DNA from: Psammoneis japonica
Lineage: Eukaryota
Reading direction: 5' to 3'
Assembly (NCBI GenBank): GCA_008632985.1
Contig: QPGO01000197.1
Coordinates: 1-64,000, forward strand
Length of the DNA: 64,000 nucleotides
Made by a program: the position numbers and the translations under genes. The notes beneath the pieces are model-generated. The model was not told the DNA's origin and ran no database searches. It saw only the letters and a list, made by a program, of their open reading frames with translations. Of the stretch, positions 51,561 through 63,107 are shown piece by piece. Within the stretch, counting starts at the first letter, position 1; every line of letters begins with the position of its first letter.

Positions 51561-51709
51561 AACACTGGCGGACAAGACCGCCACTGCGATTCTATTTGCA
51601 AGTGGTGACACCCAAATTGAAATTTCTGTTTTTCATTTTTAATATTGGGCAACATATATATATACAGTATAAAATATAAAAATTTGGAATAATTACCCAA
51701 ACTTCCCCC

Positions 51710-52003
51710 CAATAGCAATCTTTCGCGCTGTAGAGTCATTACGTAGAAATTGTGTAGGACAATACCATGACAAGTCTGTCTGTCTGTCCTTAGTGAATTT
51801 TAACTTTGCGAAAAATGGATTTGACTGTTTTCTGATCAGGCGTACATTTGCAAAAATACGCCTGACCCGATAACAGTCAAGTCTATTTTTGCACAAATTG
51901 TGTGAACATAACAGTTTCAGTACAAAAACGTGTAGATTCTACAGGCGTCCATAATTAATTTATGGGTTATACGTCACGGGTCATTTTCAAAAGATTCCTA
52001 TTG
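51710..52003. mobile_element. MITE-like element (family C), second member
   Basis: CAATAGCAATCTTT...AAAGATTCCTATTG ends. Shares GAGTCATyAyGTAGAAATTGTG and GTCTGTC motifs with 21590. Internal stem of about 36 bp. Confidence 0.7.
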
Positions 52004-52079
52004 CAACACACAGAGTCAATGTCCACGCAGTCCATTATTATTTGTGCCTTTCCTTTTTTTCTGGGATGAACCAGAGACC

Positions 52080-54071
52080 ATGAACGGCGAAAAAGCAAAT
52101 CGCCATGTCAGTCAGAGATTTGTGCGTTTCATGGCTCTGATTGGTGTGTGTTTGACTGGAGCCGGTCTTGTTGTCTTACAAAAAGACTCCTCGTTAATGT
52201 CCGACCGCGTGCTGGAGGTGACGCTGAGAAAAAAGACAAGCAACAATGCCGAAACAGTTGAAGAACTCTTGGTGCGTGCCAATTTGGAAAGAAGCAAGGC
52301 TGTCGCTCAACTCAAGGTTGATTATGGAGAGGAATACTTCAAAACGTTGTTCCTGACACCCACTGGCGAATCCATTGGGAGGTCGGCCTTCACCTCTGCA
52401 AAGACAGCCCATCACAATGATACTTCACGTGAAGATGTTTCACGCTCTCGGTTTCTACAAAGACTCATCAAGAAAATATTGCAGCTCAGTTGAAACACGA
52501 GGCTTGCCAGTCACAACAACAACAACAAGATGCGCTCATGATAAAACACCCTTTGTTTGGGTAACGGGTGGTCATTCGATTGCGGCAGGTCACGGGAACT
52601 TTCATGATCAGTCATACACTGCCGTCATGGAACGCACTGTGAAACCCGTCTTTGCGACAGTAAACATTGATTTGAAAGGACGGAACTATGGCATTGGAGG
52701 AATGAGATCTGCGCCCCAGTTGGCGCTATGCAGTGAAGCGTTGTACGGTCTTGACGCCGACGTTATAACGTGGGATTTCGCCGCAACGGATGGTAGGAGT
52801 TATTGGGAAAGTTTGCTCTACGGTCACCGTATTGGTGTGCATAGGAATCGTCCTGCATTGTTTGGATTTGGGGTCACTGAGCCCATACACAAACCTCGAT
52901 TGGTGCACTTGGCGTCGTTGGAAGACCTTGGCATGACAGCATTGGCATCTCGTTTTGAAGTCGAAATGATTAAAGACTCTTTACCAGACATGCAAACTGT
53001 GTATGACCAAATCGAAAGCATACCTGAGGCTTTGCGACACTTTAGATGCGGCGACCAATTGGAAATGGGCGATCCTACGTGCAAAGATAACAAGTTTACA
53101 CCTTCGGATGTTCCAATCAAAGGACGCGCGAGATGGCATCCTGGATGGTGAGTTCACATACGGCTGCCTGCCTGGACCGTACTTCATGTAGCTCTACATG
53201 TCATTCTTACTCTTCCAATGCTCTTTTTAGGAGATACAATGCTCTACGGGGCAGCGTTCTTGCTCTTTTTCTTATGGATGCATTAGTGGAAGCATTAGAA
53301 GAGCTGCGCAACACGTACAAAACCAATCCAGACTATTCAGCGACAGACATTCTGGCAATGATACAAAGTCAGCAAGATCAGGAGTACGAGTTGTTTTTGA
53401 ACGACAAGGGACAGAACAAGAGCACGCTTGATGCCGCAGTATTGTCTGAAATTCCTGAACCCAGCATCGTGTTGCGTAATCGCGCTTTATGCCACACGGC
53501 GTTGTTGCCTTCCAAATCTCGCTACATGGGAATTTCCTCCAATACACCCGGCGTCTTTGACGAGGGTTCAAAATATGCGGACGACATACCCCTTACTTCC
53601 AATGATGATAGCGACTGGCGACTCGTTTACCATGAAACGGATCACGACCAGTACAAGGGAAAAATCAATCGTACCGTAAAGATTGACTACAAGGATTGGT
53701 TCCATTTCCACACAGACGATGGTGCCACGTCTCATGCGTTTCCTAATCAGGCTGAATTGGATTTTTATCTAGAAAAGACTCCTTTGAAGCAAGCATCCAT
53801 GATTCTGCTGTGCCTAGCATCAACGCGCCCCGCGAACTATATAAAATGCCCACAAGGATTGGGTATGGAAGACATCAACAGTGGCAACGTGACAATTTCC
53901 GTCAATGATAATCCAGTGTCAGAAGCGGAGATGTTTGGCGATTGCATGGTCCTGCTGAACGACAAGAAAAAGTACAACTGGCAACCCAACGAGAATGGCC
54001 AGTACAATGTGACGGTTCAAGTTCACCCACCCGATTCCATTCTCAAAGTGTCATCCATCATTGTTTTGTAA
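52080..54071 (+). CDS. Type II membrane protein with SGNH-hydrolase-like domain
   Basis: N-terminal TM. Motifs WVTGGHSIAAGHGN, RNYGIGG, DVITWDF, WHPGW. Intron 53148-53230. Apparent frameshift near 52490. Confidence 0.7.
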
Positions 54072-54264
54072 GTAAACTTAACGGCATTTGCAGCCCTTGA
54101 GTGACACAAGAGAAAATTCAGAAACGATTTGCTGAGTTGATTCATCTTTAAAATTTTAAAATCATTACTACGTGGCGTCGTCGTTCTGCATTGAAAGAGT
54201 ACGAACCATGCGGTCAGAAGCTCAGTACAAAAACGCTGTGACACAAACCGCAAAGCTCTTTGTT

Positions 54265-54982
54265 TTATAGCTCAAATTCCTGAGCATCGTCCGATTCGGC
54301 TCCTGTTGCATAACGAAGCGCTGAATACCGAACAAAGGCATCGCTCAGCTCTTCTCTCGTAATCTGTCCATCGTGATCAACATCAAGGGTTGAGTAGATG
54401 TTGTCAATAGCATTATCGCCGTATCCTTTGCTCCTCAGAAAGCCACGTAGCTCGTCATTGTCAATTATACCAGAAGCATCCGTATCAATTGAATCAAACA
54501 TGGCCGCTGCCTCTTGCCGAATGGTTCCTCATTTTTCAAGCCTTGCCGCCCCATCCCCATGCCTGGCGCTTCGCGAAGATTCTTGTATCTGACAAAGCCC
54601 ATTTGCAATTCTTCGCGTGTAATAGAACCGTCCATGTCGGCATCAAGTGCATAATACATGGCATCGACAACGTCCTGAGTGTAGCCGCAGACCTCCATCA
54701 GGTGCGTCTGGAGCTCGGAATAGGAAATAGACCCGTTCGCATCCGAATCAATCATGCTAAAAATTGCATTTGCCGATTCGTGAATCTCTTCTACGCTCGG
54801 TTCTACATTGTCACTGTCTCTGTTGTTGCCTCAATAGCAATAAAATTGGTCCTATCTCTCCACGTATTTGGACTAATGAGGGAACATAGCGGTTGAGCTA
54901 TTGGATGAGGTGGTGGTGTGATGAAGGCGTCCGCAAAAGAAGAAATCTGGATGAAAAACAAACCGAGTAGACTTTCACGCAT
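54265..54982 (-). CDS. EF-hand calcium-binding protein with bipartite plastid-targeting-like presequence
   Basis: Signal ending SSFADA-F. Four EF loops (DSDANGSISYSE, DADMDGSITREE, DTDASGIIDNDE, DVDHDGQITREE). Two apparent frameshifts (about 54830 and 54525). Confidence 0.75.
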
Positions 54983-55366
54983 GATACACGACTTCATTCT
55001 CCAAAACAACGTCGTCCAGCGTCTAGAACACCGCCTTTCCGTTCAATACCAGGAGTCAGAAGATCTCAGAATGAAGTCCAAAGTGCTGCCAAAAAGATAT
55101 CGTTCCGCCGCGCGCAACGCGCGCAACCAATGGAGCTAGGTGACTCACTCGACTAGTATTGAGTGGCTTTAGGTGCTTTCAATTTTCAAGTTTGGTGCAG
55201 ATCCCAGAACTTCCCGATCTTCAATCACAAGCTGTTCAGACTGTTCTTTTGTTCCCACGCAAAGATATAAATTGAAAATTCCATTTAAAAGGAAACTAGA
55301 GGTTATTTAGAAAAATGAAACATGAACGGATTTCCGCTTTACAACAGTTGCCCAATCGTTTCTGGA

Positions 55367-57399
55367 CTACACTACTTTGTAGTAGAACGATGAATATGCA
55401 TACAACGCATCTGGGTGCGGTTGATGGATTTTGAACTCGGCGGTGAAGCATCCATTGCCAAGGATTTTGTTCGATTCTGTGATTCTGAACAACCACTTTC
55501 CATTCGGCTTTGTGCCAGGTTGCATCGTCTCCCCCCCTACCCTGGTTTCCGTCATTGTTCCATTGCTTTCAAGTTTCAGAATGCGTACCAACTCCGGCTC
55601 AAGTCCATTTTTGGTCAGATCATCCTTGACCAAATTGCCCCTGCAGTCCTTTAGTTTAATCTTCATCCAAAGATACGAGATTTTCCTGTCAGAAAATTTG
55701 AATTTCCGTGAACCTGTGGCCGACACGGCATTTGATTCCAAATGCGAAGGACAGGTAAAGACTTTGGTGTCTTTGAAAGGTGATGTGCGCATCCTAGCCC
55801 AACCCATTGACCTCATGGGCACAATCCTGTAGGCATCCCCAACACCATCCTTGTCGCCATCAAATTGAGCTGCATTAGGAATCGCGGGGCAATTATCACA
55901 CGCATCACCAACGCCATCCCTATCACTGTCTTTTTGATCCTTGTTTGGAACCGAGATGCAATTGTCAACTCCATCGATTACACCATCACCATCGCTATCC
56001 TTGTTTCCGTCAAAGTCGTCCTCTTGGACCTCCAACACCCAAAGCTCATGACCGTGCACTCCATCGTCGGCCCGAAAGTACAATTTTCCGTCCATCGGAG
56101 TCAGATACCCGATACTTGCGCCGGCCGTTCCGGGGTTGATATCCTTGACCATCTCTAATTTTTGTGTTACGGTGTCGTAAACCCAGACCTCCATACCGTA
56201 TTCTTTAGTGGTAACAGCAAAGTATAGCCTTCCATCCATCTGCACCATGTAGAATATCCGCACGCCGGAAGGTATGTCAGCTACCATTTTAGTAGTTTTG
56301 CTTGAGGGATCATATACCCATAAGTTTCGACCGAGTGTTGCTCCACCATCAGAAGCAAAGAAGTATAACTTTCCGTTCACGGGTGGCAACAAATCCGGTG
56401 AGGAATCCCCCCTTTGGTTTACCTTGCTAGGATTGATGTCTTGTACCATTTCCGCTGTTCTGCTCGCGGTTCGTATACCCAAAGCTCTTCACCGTGTACT
56501 CCATCATTTGCCGCAAAGTACAACTTTCCATCCATTGATGTCAAATGTTTCGGATCCGATCTACCCTTGCCTGGACGAATGTCTACCAGCATTTTAGTAG
56601 AGTTAGCCACGGGGTCGTGCATCCATAATTCATAACCGTGCCTTTTGTCTTTTGCACGGAAATAAAGTTTTCCGTCCAACGGCACCAGGTATTTTGGGTC
56701 CAAATCTGTATCCCCGCGACCATCATCATAATCTCGAATCCCGGTAATAGCTGTTTTGCTCACGGGATCGTATACACCAAGCTCATTTTTAAGGCCCATG
56801 TAAACTGTGAAATATAACTTTCCGTGCATTGGTGTGTATTCTCTTGGACGAAAAATTCTAACACTGTTGGTGTTGGTTTCTATTGCCACTTCCGTTGTGT
56901 TTTTCACTGGATCAAATACCCTTAGCTCATTGTAATCGGGATAACCGTAATACAGCTTTCCGTCTAATGGCGTCGTTCGCAATGGACCATATTGTTTGGC
57001 AAAGTATACCTTTTCCGTTTTCAGGCTCACGGGATCATGAACCCATGTACTATAAAATGGGTCATCTGTTCCGTCATGAGCCAAGAAGTACAACTTTTCA
57101 TCGTATACCGTCATTTCTCGAGGACCTGATGATTCCGCTCGACCCCCAAAGGTGTTAAGGTCTTCCAGGAGAGAAACCTTGTACGACACTTTATTCTGCT
57201 GCACCATCTGTCTCTTCATCTCAGATGAAGGGATGTCCTGATCTCGTCCTACTGTTGAGTCGGGCGGAGTCGCGTCTTTTCTCAAGTAGTGGGTGGAATG
57301 GTGTTCATTGGGTGACTTGATCAACACCTCCTTGCCCTGACAAACCCATGCAGAAAGGACCAGGCAAAGTAAGAGTTTTCTATCTTGACAAAAGAGCAT
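55367..57399 (-). CDS. Secreted ELWxxDGT-like repeat beta-propeller protein with thrombospondin type 3 repeats
   Basis: Signal peptide; repeats GKLYFxAxDGxHGx[17 protein letters not shown] and [14 protein letters not shown]. Two ORFs joined by a 1-nt frameshift near 56465. Confidence 0.8.
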
Positions 57400-57863
57400 G
57401 CTCTACCGTTTTGTTTTATATTGTGTCGTTCGAATTTCCAACGACGACGCCCAGCATTGTTTGCTGTCGATGGCAGCATCTGGCAAGATCTCGAAAATAA
57501 GTCGACGAGAACAAAAACCGGCATTGCCACAAAACATTTATTAGAGAAGAGAACCTTTCAGACATTTTTATTTAGGGAGGTCGTTGCATGTTCAACGTCG
57601 CGCGGAGCTTTTCTTTTTTCTGTCGCACGTCTCTCGCCCGAATAGTCGAACAAGTCGTCAGCTCAGGACCCTTTATGCAATGTTGGATGCACGCGTTCCC
57701 ACCATGAGACGGTAGGGCCCTACTGTACGGTACCGGTAGGGGTAGGGCTTATATTTTATGCGGCATCAAACACATTGTCGCTCCGGACGCTCATAGAATA
57801 ACAACATCAAAGCAACGCTTTGTAGCTGACAAAGACCGCTCTCTTGCCATCTTTTCCTAGCAC

Positions 57864-58483
57864 ATGTCAAGTCAAAACTCGAAGGACCAGCCAAAAAGCA
57901 GACAAAAGGATTCAGCCCTTTTGCTTTACAGGATAGCCTGTTGGGAAATGGCCTTATTCTTTCTCTATTCTGCTTATGTGCAACTGAACGACCCAGACTA
58001 TTACCTGTGGTAAGATGGATCTGATAAGAGACCGTATTTTCAAAAGAACGTCAGGTCCAAACGTGAACTCATTTTGTAAAGATCTTAATAATACAGGCTA
58101 CCATTCTATTTGTGGAACAGTGCAATATCCTGGTACAGCGTACAATCCGAAGGTAGTGATGGCTGAAAAGTCGTTTTATTGGACTGAATGTGGTAGGGAC
58201 GGCCATTGCATTGAGTGTCAACAATAGGACAGCATCCTTCCAACTTTCGCAATTAGATTTGGATCCCAATTCCGAAGTGGGCCGAGAAAACATGGGGCTA
58301 CTTGTAGTGGCAGTCTGGTTCTCGCTATTGGCCATCCCTGGTGCACATGCGCAACCGTGGTACTCGACAGCAATCTTTATCGTCGCTACGAGCGTTTGCA
58401 TTGCAACCGTCCTTGTTCCGATGCTCCTGGTGAACAAGGAGGAACTCGTGGAACACTGCTCGGGGATGGGCCCCTTCCAGTGA
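57864..58483 (+). CDS. TMEM220-like membrane protein
   Basis: AYVQLNDPDYYLW and EVGRENMGL motifs. GT-AG intron 58010-58096. Apparent 1-nt frameshift near 58158. Confidence 0.7.
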
Positions 58484-59369
58484 TTCGATGGCCAACCTGC
58501 ATTGTCGCCGGGCCGTATAAAAACAAAACTGTGCAGCCTACGTTGGATTACGAAGCGTTTTTTTTTTGCCGTGGGACTTCCGTCTACGAAGAGTCATGCG
58601 TTGAACATAATTGCTATAGGTGCCTTCTTATCTGGTGTCGATTGTAAATAAACTGTATAATGATTAGGTACGCCAATGGGTAAGGCCTTCTTGCAAACCC
58701 ACATGACTACGTGAGATCGTGGATTGATCGAATTGATCTCGATCGCGCTGGACAACTAGTTTTTTTTTGTTCGAAACCATCGTATCGCGGTGCTCTTCGT
58801 ATGATGGAACCTCAATGAGCAACAAAGCTTGACACAGAAATCAATCTCATGCGCATCGTTCCCAAAGCATTCCACTCTCATTCTCCAATCCTGCGTCAGG
58901 CAGCATTGTCGACATTTACACAATGCTCACAATCTTCAACCCAAACATCGACAACCTTCTCAACACAGTTTTGAGAAGCATCGGAAAAGCTCTTGATGCA
59001 ATCACATGAAGGACATGGTTGCTTCTTTGCGAACCGGTCCAGGCAGAACTCTCCAGGTTTGCAGCCCCCAGAGAATCTCCGCACACATTGTGGCATGAGT
59101 TGTGGTGTTGCACAGGTGGGCAGAAATGTAAACCAGGAGATCCATGGGCAATAAATCAAATTGATCTGCTGGCTTCTTGTCTGGCACCATCCGGGCAGCT
59201 CTGCCACCGGCAAACAAGGACAGCCCAAAACAAGTTGAAGATTTTTGTCCAAATTGAATTTGCACATTTTTGAAACAAGGTTGTCAAGGCCAGTTCTTGT
59301 GTTGATTAATTGTCAAGGCCAGTGTTCTGCAACATGTGTGTGCGTGGAATCCTCCAGTTGAGCACAAGT

Positions 59370-59950
59370 TGAAAATTCCACTTTGAGGAAACTGCTGTGT
59401 TTGTCTGGACAAAATGAAGTGTGAGCAGACTTTCACTTTGAAGCAGTCGCCACATCATTTTGGGGCCACACCACTTTGCAACAGAATGATGACATTCATG
59501 CAATGCACATGTTTTGGTGTGGTTGATGGACTTTGAACTTGGCAGCAAAGCACCCATCCATCACCAAGTGTGTTGCTCTCTCATCCAGGACTCTGAACCA
59601 GCCACTTTCCACTTGCTCCTTTTTGTGCCAAGCTGCATTTTGCTGCCACTTGCTCTGGTTTTTGTCATTGTTCTGTTGTTTTCAAGTTTTGCACGCAGTG
59701 TGTGCCACCTCAGGCTCAAGCCTGCTTTTGGCTAGAACACCCTTTGCCAAATCAGCTGCACCTTTCTGCAGCCCTGCTTCAGTGGCAGCCAGCTCAAGCA
59801 ATCTTCTCATCACAAAACATGTGAGAGTTCCCCCTGCACGCCCTGGGAACACTCATGAGCCTGCAGCCTGTTTTGGCATTGACTCCAGATGTGAAGAGGG
59901 TGGGTGAAGACTTGAGTGTCTTCAGCCAGTGATGCACTGCATTTGGGGTC
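59370..59950 (-). pseudogene. Decayed paralog of the C-terminal part and 3' flank of the 55367-57399 gene
   Basis: Colinear with about 55274-55790, with TpA and CpG sites converted to TG/CA. Sits inside the TpA-depleted block 58810-60500. Confidence 0.8.
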
Positions 59951-60715
59951 ATGGGGCAGTTGTCTCACATGCATCACTCTCAACACCGCCCCTGTCGTCA
60001 TCTTCTTGATTCTTGTTTGGAGCCATGAGATGCAACCGTCAACTTAAAATGGAAATCAGAGGCAATGTGGCATTGGAGCAGAGTTGTTGGGGAAATGGGT
60101 GGTGGAATGGGTGTGCGAAGTGCGCTCAGCAACAGAGGGGAAAAAATGGGCATGAAGCGCAGAGCAGACGGCTGGGAAAGGGAGTTGTTGGTGATGGTTG
60201 GGTGGTGGAGAGTGGAGAAGAGGGTTTGACATGTGGAAAGGTGGGTGGAGAGGGCCCTGGCAAAGTTTAGACCAAGGATTTGGGAGGCCAAAAAAAACTG
60301 GGAAGCAGCAGTGTGGGGGAAGTGCCGAAAAGCGGCCCGTGAGATTTGTTTCCTGTGGCAGAGTGTGTTGGAGTGGGGTGAGGTGGTTGGATGGCACGAG
60401 AACGGAGGTGTTGAAGGTGGAGAAGGATGCTGTCGAGTCGGAGAGGGAGGACGGGTCAGTCCAGGGTGGTTTGGGGGGGAGAGGTGGGACGAGGAGGACG
60501 TTGTGGTCATTCACACCACACCGTGGCTACACTCAATCACACCCATCGCCATCACACGGTCTGTCGCCGCACGGTCCGTCAGGAAGTGACAGACAGACGA
60601 ATCTTGCAACGATTTTTTTTCACACAATGATAAGACGATGCCAATGACCCGCACCGGTACGGCGTTCTGAGACGGGGAGTTGTTTACATCATCGATTGTC
60701 GAGAGTGTTTCCACA

Positions 60716-62496
60716 ATGATGCATCCCAAGCATAATTTCTGCAGTATTCTCTTGATATGGTCGTTGTTAATTCATGGCGTTGTTTCTTGGGGTTGGAGCA
60801 GTAGAAGTAGCGAAAACGAAAACGATACCAACAACAACATAAATGATGAAGAAGAGACAAGTGATGACATGGCAGTCAAGCTCAACAATGGTCATTCCTT
60901 TCCCTTGATCGGTCTAGGTGTTGGTAATTTGCCTCACGATCAAATTGATAGCGTCCTTGACGAAGCCTTACGACACAATGATTATCGCCTCATTGATACC
61001 AATCAAGCAAGTCACAATGAGCGTCAGGTTGCCAATGCGATTGAAAACGCAATGCAGGACACGTCTCCTCAAGACGTGAATAACATTGTCCATGTTGTAA
61101 CAAAGGTATGTAGGGAAAAGAATTCATTTCTGAATACAAGCTCCATAATAGTGTATCTATAGTCTAACTATTTCTGCTTTTCTCTGCGTTTCAGATTTGG
61201 TACACGCACTTGGGCTACGAGAGAACAAGACTAGCAGTAGACGAGTCGCTGAAAGAACTACTGCTCCGACATTCCAACGTTGATCTTCGAGTTCACATGG
61301 TAAGATTGGACTTTCGAGCTGTTTCAGAGTCTACCTGAATACTGTACGTTTCCTTACCGTACACTTGGATCTACTTCTGTTCTTGCACTCAGCTCATTCA
61401 TTGGCCAAAATGTGACGACTCAATTGAGTGGATGAATTGCCAACAAGAAGAAGATGCCTTGCCACAATCCGTCAAGGATGCTGGTCCATCACCACTGTTG
61501 GACAAGGACAATGCTTGGAAGGAATCATGGAGGGCACTGGAAGACATGTATGACGACCGAAAGTACAGCCTTGCGAGCATTGGAGTGTCCAACTTTAAGC
61601 TCGATGAACTCAAGGAATTGACACGGATTGCAAGAATCAAACCGCAAGTACTACAAAGCTATGTATGGACAGCCATGCACGATCCACATCTCATGAAATA
61701 TATTCAAGAGCAGGGCATTGTCTTTCAGGCATACGGTATTATGAATAGCATTATTCAACGCAAGGACGTTGCTCCTAACGCGTACGCTCGGCTGGAGCAC
61801 ATTGGCGAGTACATTTCCGATGATAAAGCAGTGTTTTCGGCTGCTCAGATTGTCATGGCTTGGTTTGTACAGCACAAAATAGCCGTCATGCCTCGGGCAT
61901 CGACGTCGGAGCACCAGATTGCCAATTCACCCGAAAGCATTGGTCGCGTGCCGAGCGTAACGACGGAAAAACATGATGCGGTGATTCGTAATGCCATTTC
62001 GGCATTGTTACGTGGACAAGACATGCCGAGTCATGCTGTGAGTGTTACCTTTATCAATGACCGTAAGGACGGAAGCACGGTGCAGTTGTTTTGGCGCAAG
62101 CGAAACGGTGAAGAAATCCAGGTATCGGAAGGCTTTCAAGACCAAACGAACCATCGAACCTTTCCGGATCACATCTTTGTAGCGTACAACCAGGACAAGT
62201 CCATTCGACGAGAGTATCGCATTACGGCCGACTATGGCTCGTCTCTGGAAGTTCATGTGGATCTCTCACAACCCAAGGCGACCTTTTCCAGCAACCAATT
62301 GATTCATGTGTTTTGGAGTGGACACGACGGAAAGGAAGTCCCTGTGCGTGAAAATTTAAAGCCCGGTGAATCATTTGAGACAAACACCTTTCCTGGACAT
62401 GTTTTTGTCGCCTATGATGAACCCAAAAGGAGTCGACAAGAATTTCGAGTTAGCGCTGATTTTGGCGGTAAAGAGCACTTTCATGTTGAGCTGTAG
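60716..62496 (+). CDS. Signal-peptide aldo-keto reductase-like protein with two C-terminal VHL-beta-like domains
   Basis: LNNGHSFPLIGLG, VTK-IW, LIHWP, SIGVSNF. Introns 61106-61194 and 61300-61392. Repeated [LV]FW..GxE..TFPxHxFVAY domain. Ends HVEL. Confidence 0.85.
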
Positions 62497-63107
62497 AAAA
62501 AGCGTGACCTACAATAGTCGCGAGCACACCGCCAAGATCGAATTATCGATAACATTTTTTAACGGCATTGAAAACCAGTCTGTTTGTCCCAGAAGCTTGC
62601 TCTAAATAATGGATTGGCGTTAACAGCGCAAAGCGGCCCAATGCTCCAGTGTTCCTCTTGCGTTCGCTCGTCATACGTGTTCTAAAGTGCGAACTCATTC
62701 CACATTTGAATGTGTCGTGATCAGGATTTCAATAATCAACATCATAGTACCATGCAAACAGTACATCCGCAAGCACCACCAAGAGAATCGGAAGCCGCCG
62801 ATTTGCTACGTCATGGTGTTATTTCTCCGTAACTTACTTCATCTTCAATCTGGACCGCTACTGTACAGGTCTACTCGGTTGCAGGTTTCCAGGTTTATGC
62901 CCGGTATCCGGCATCTTTGTTTTGGGGGGGGGGGGGGGGAACGATCGGCCCCTCCCACAATCTGACGCCAGCGACGTTCGGCGAAGGCGCGAAATCCGCG
63001 CTGAATAAACGCCTGAACCGCTGTCGATCCTGGAACTCCCCGGTTTCCGCCTTAGTTTACGCTTCTGCGAAGGCGGAGAATTGATATCATCAACTGACAC
63101 CATCATC

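Noticed and set aside
51566..51596. Helitron-like 3' end (TGGCGG/CCGCCA hairpin then CTAT)
   Set aside because: The stem is short, the terminus is not CTRR, and no Rep/helicase remnant was recognised.
58830..59300. Possible LTR-retrotransposon integrase fragment (TPQLMPQCVRRF)
   Set aside because: Similarity is too weak to support a call without a search.
62923..62939. Long G run (and C run near 8435-8448)
   Set aside because: Simple homopolymers with no supporting structure, and their lengths are unreliable in this assembly.
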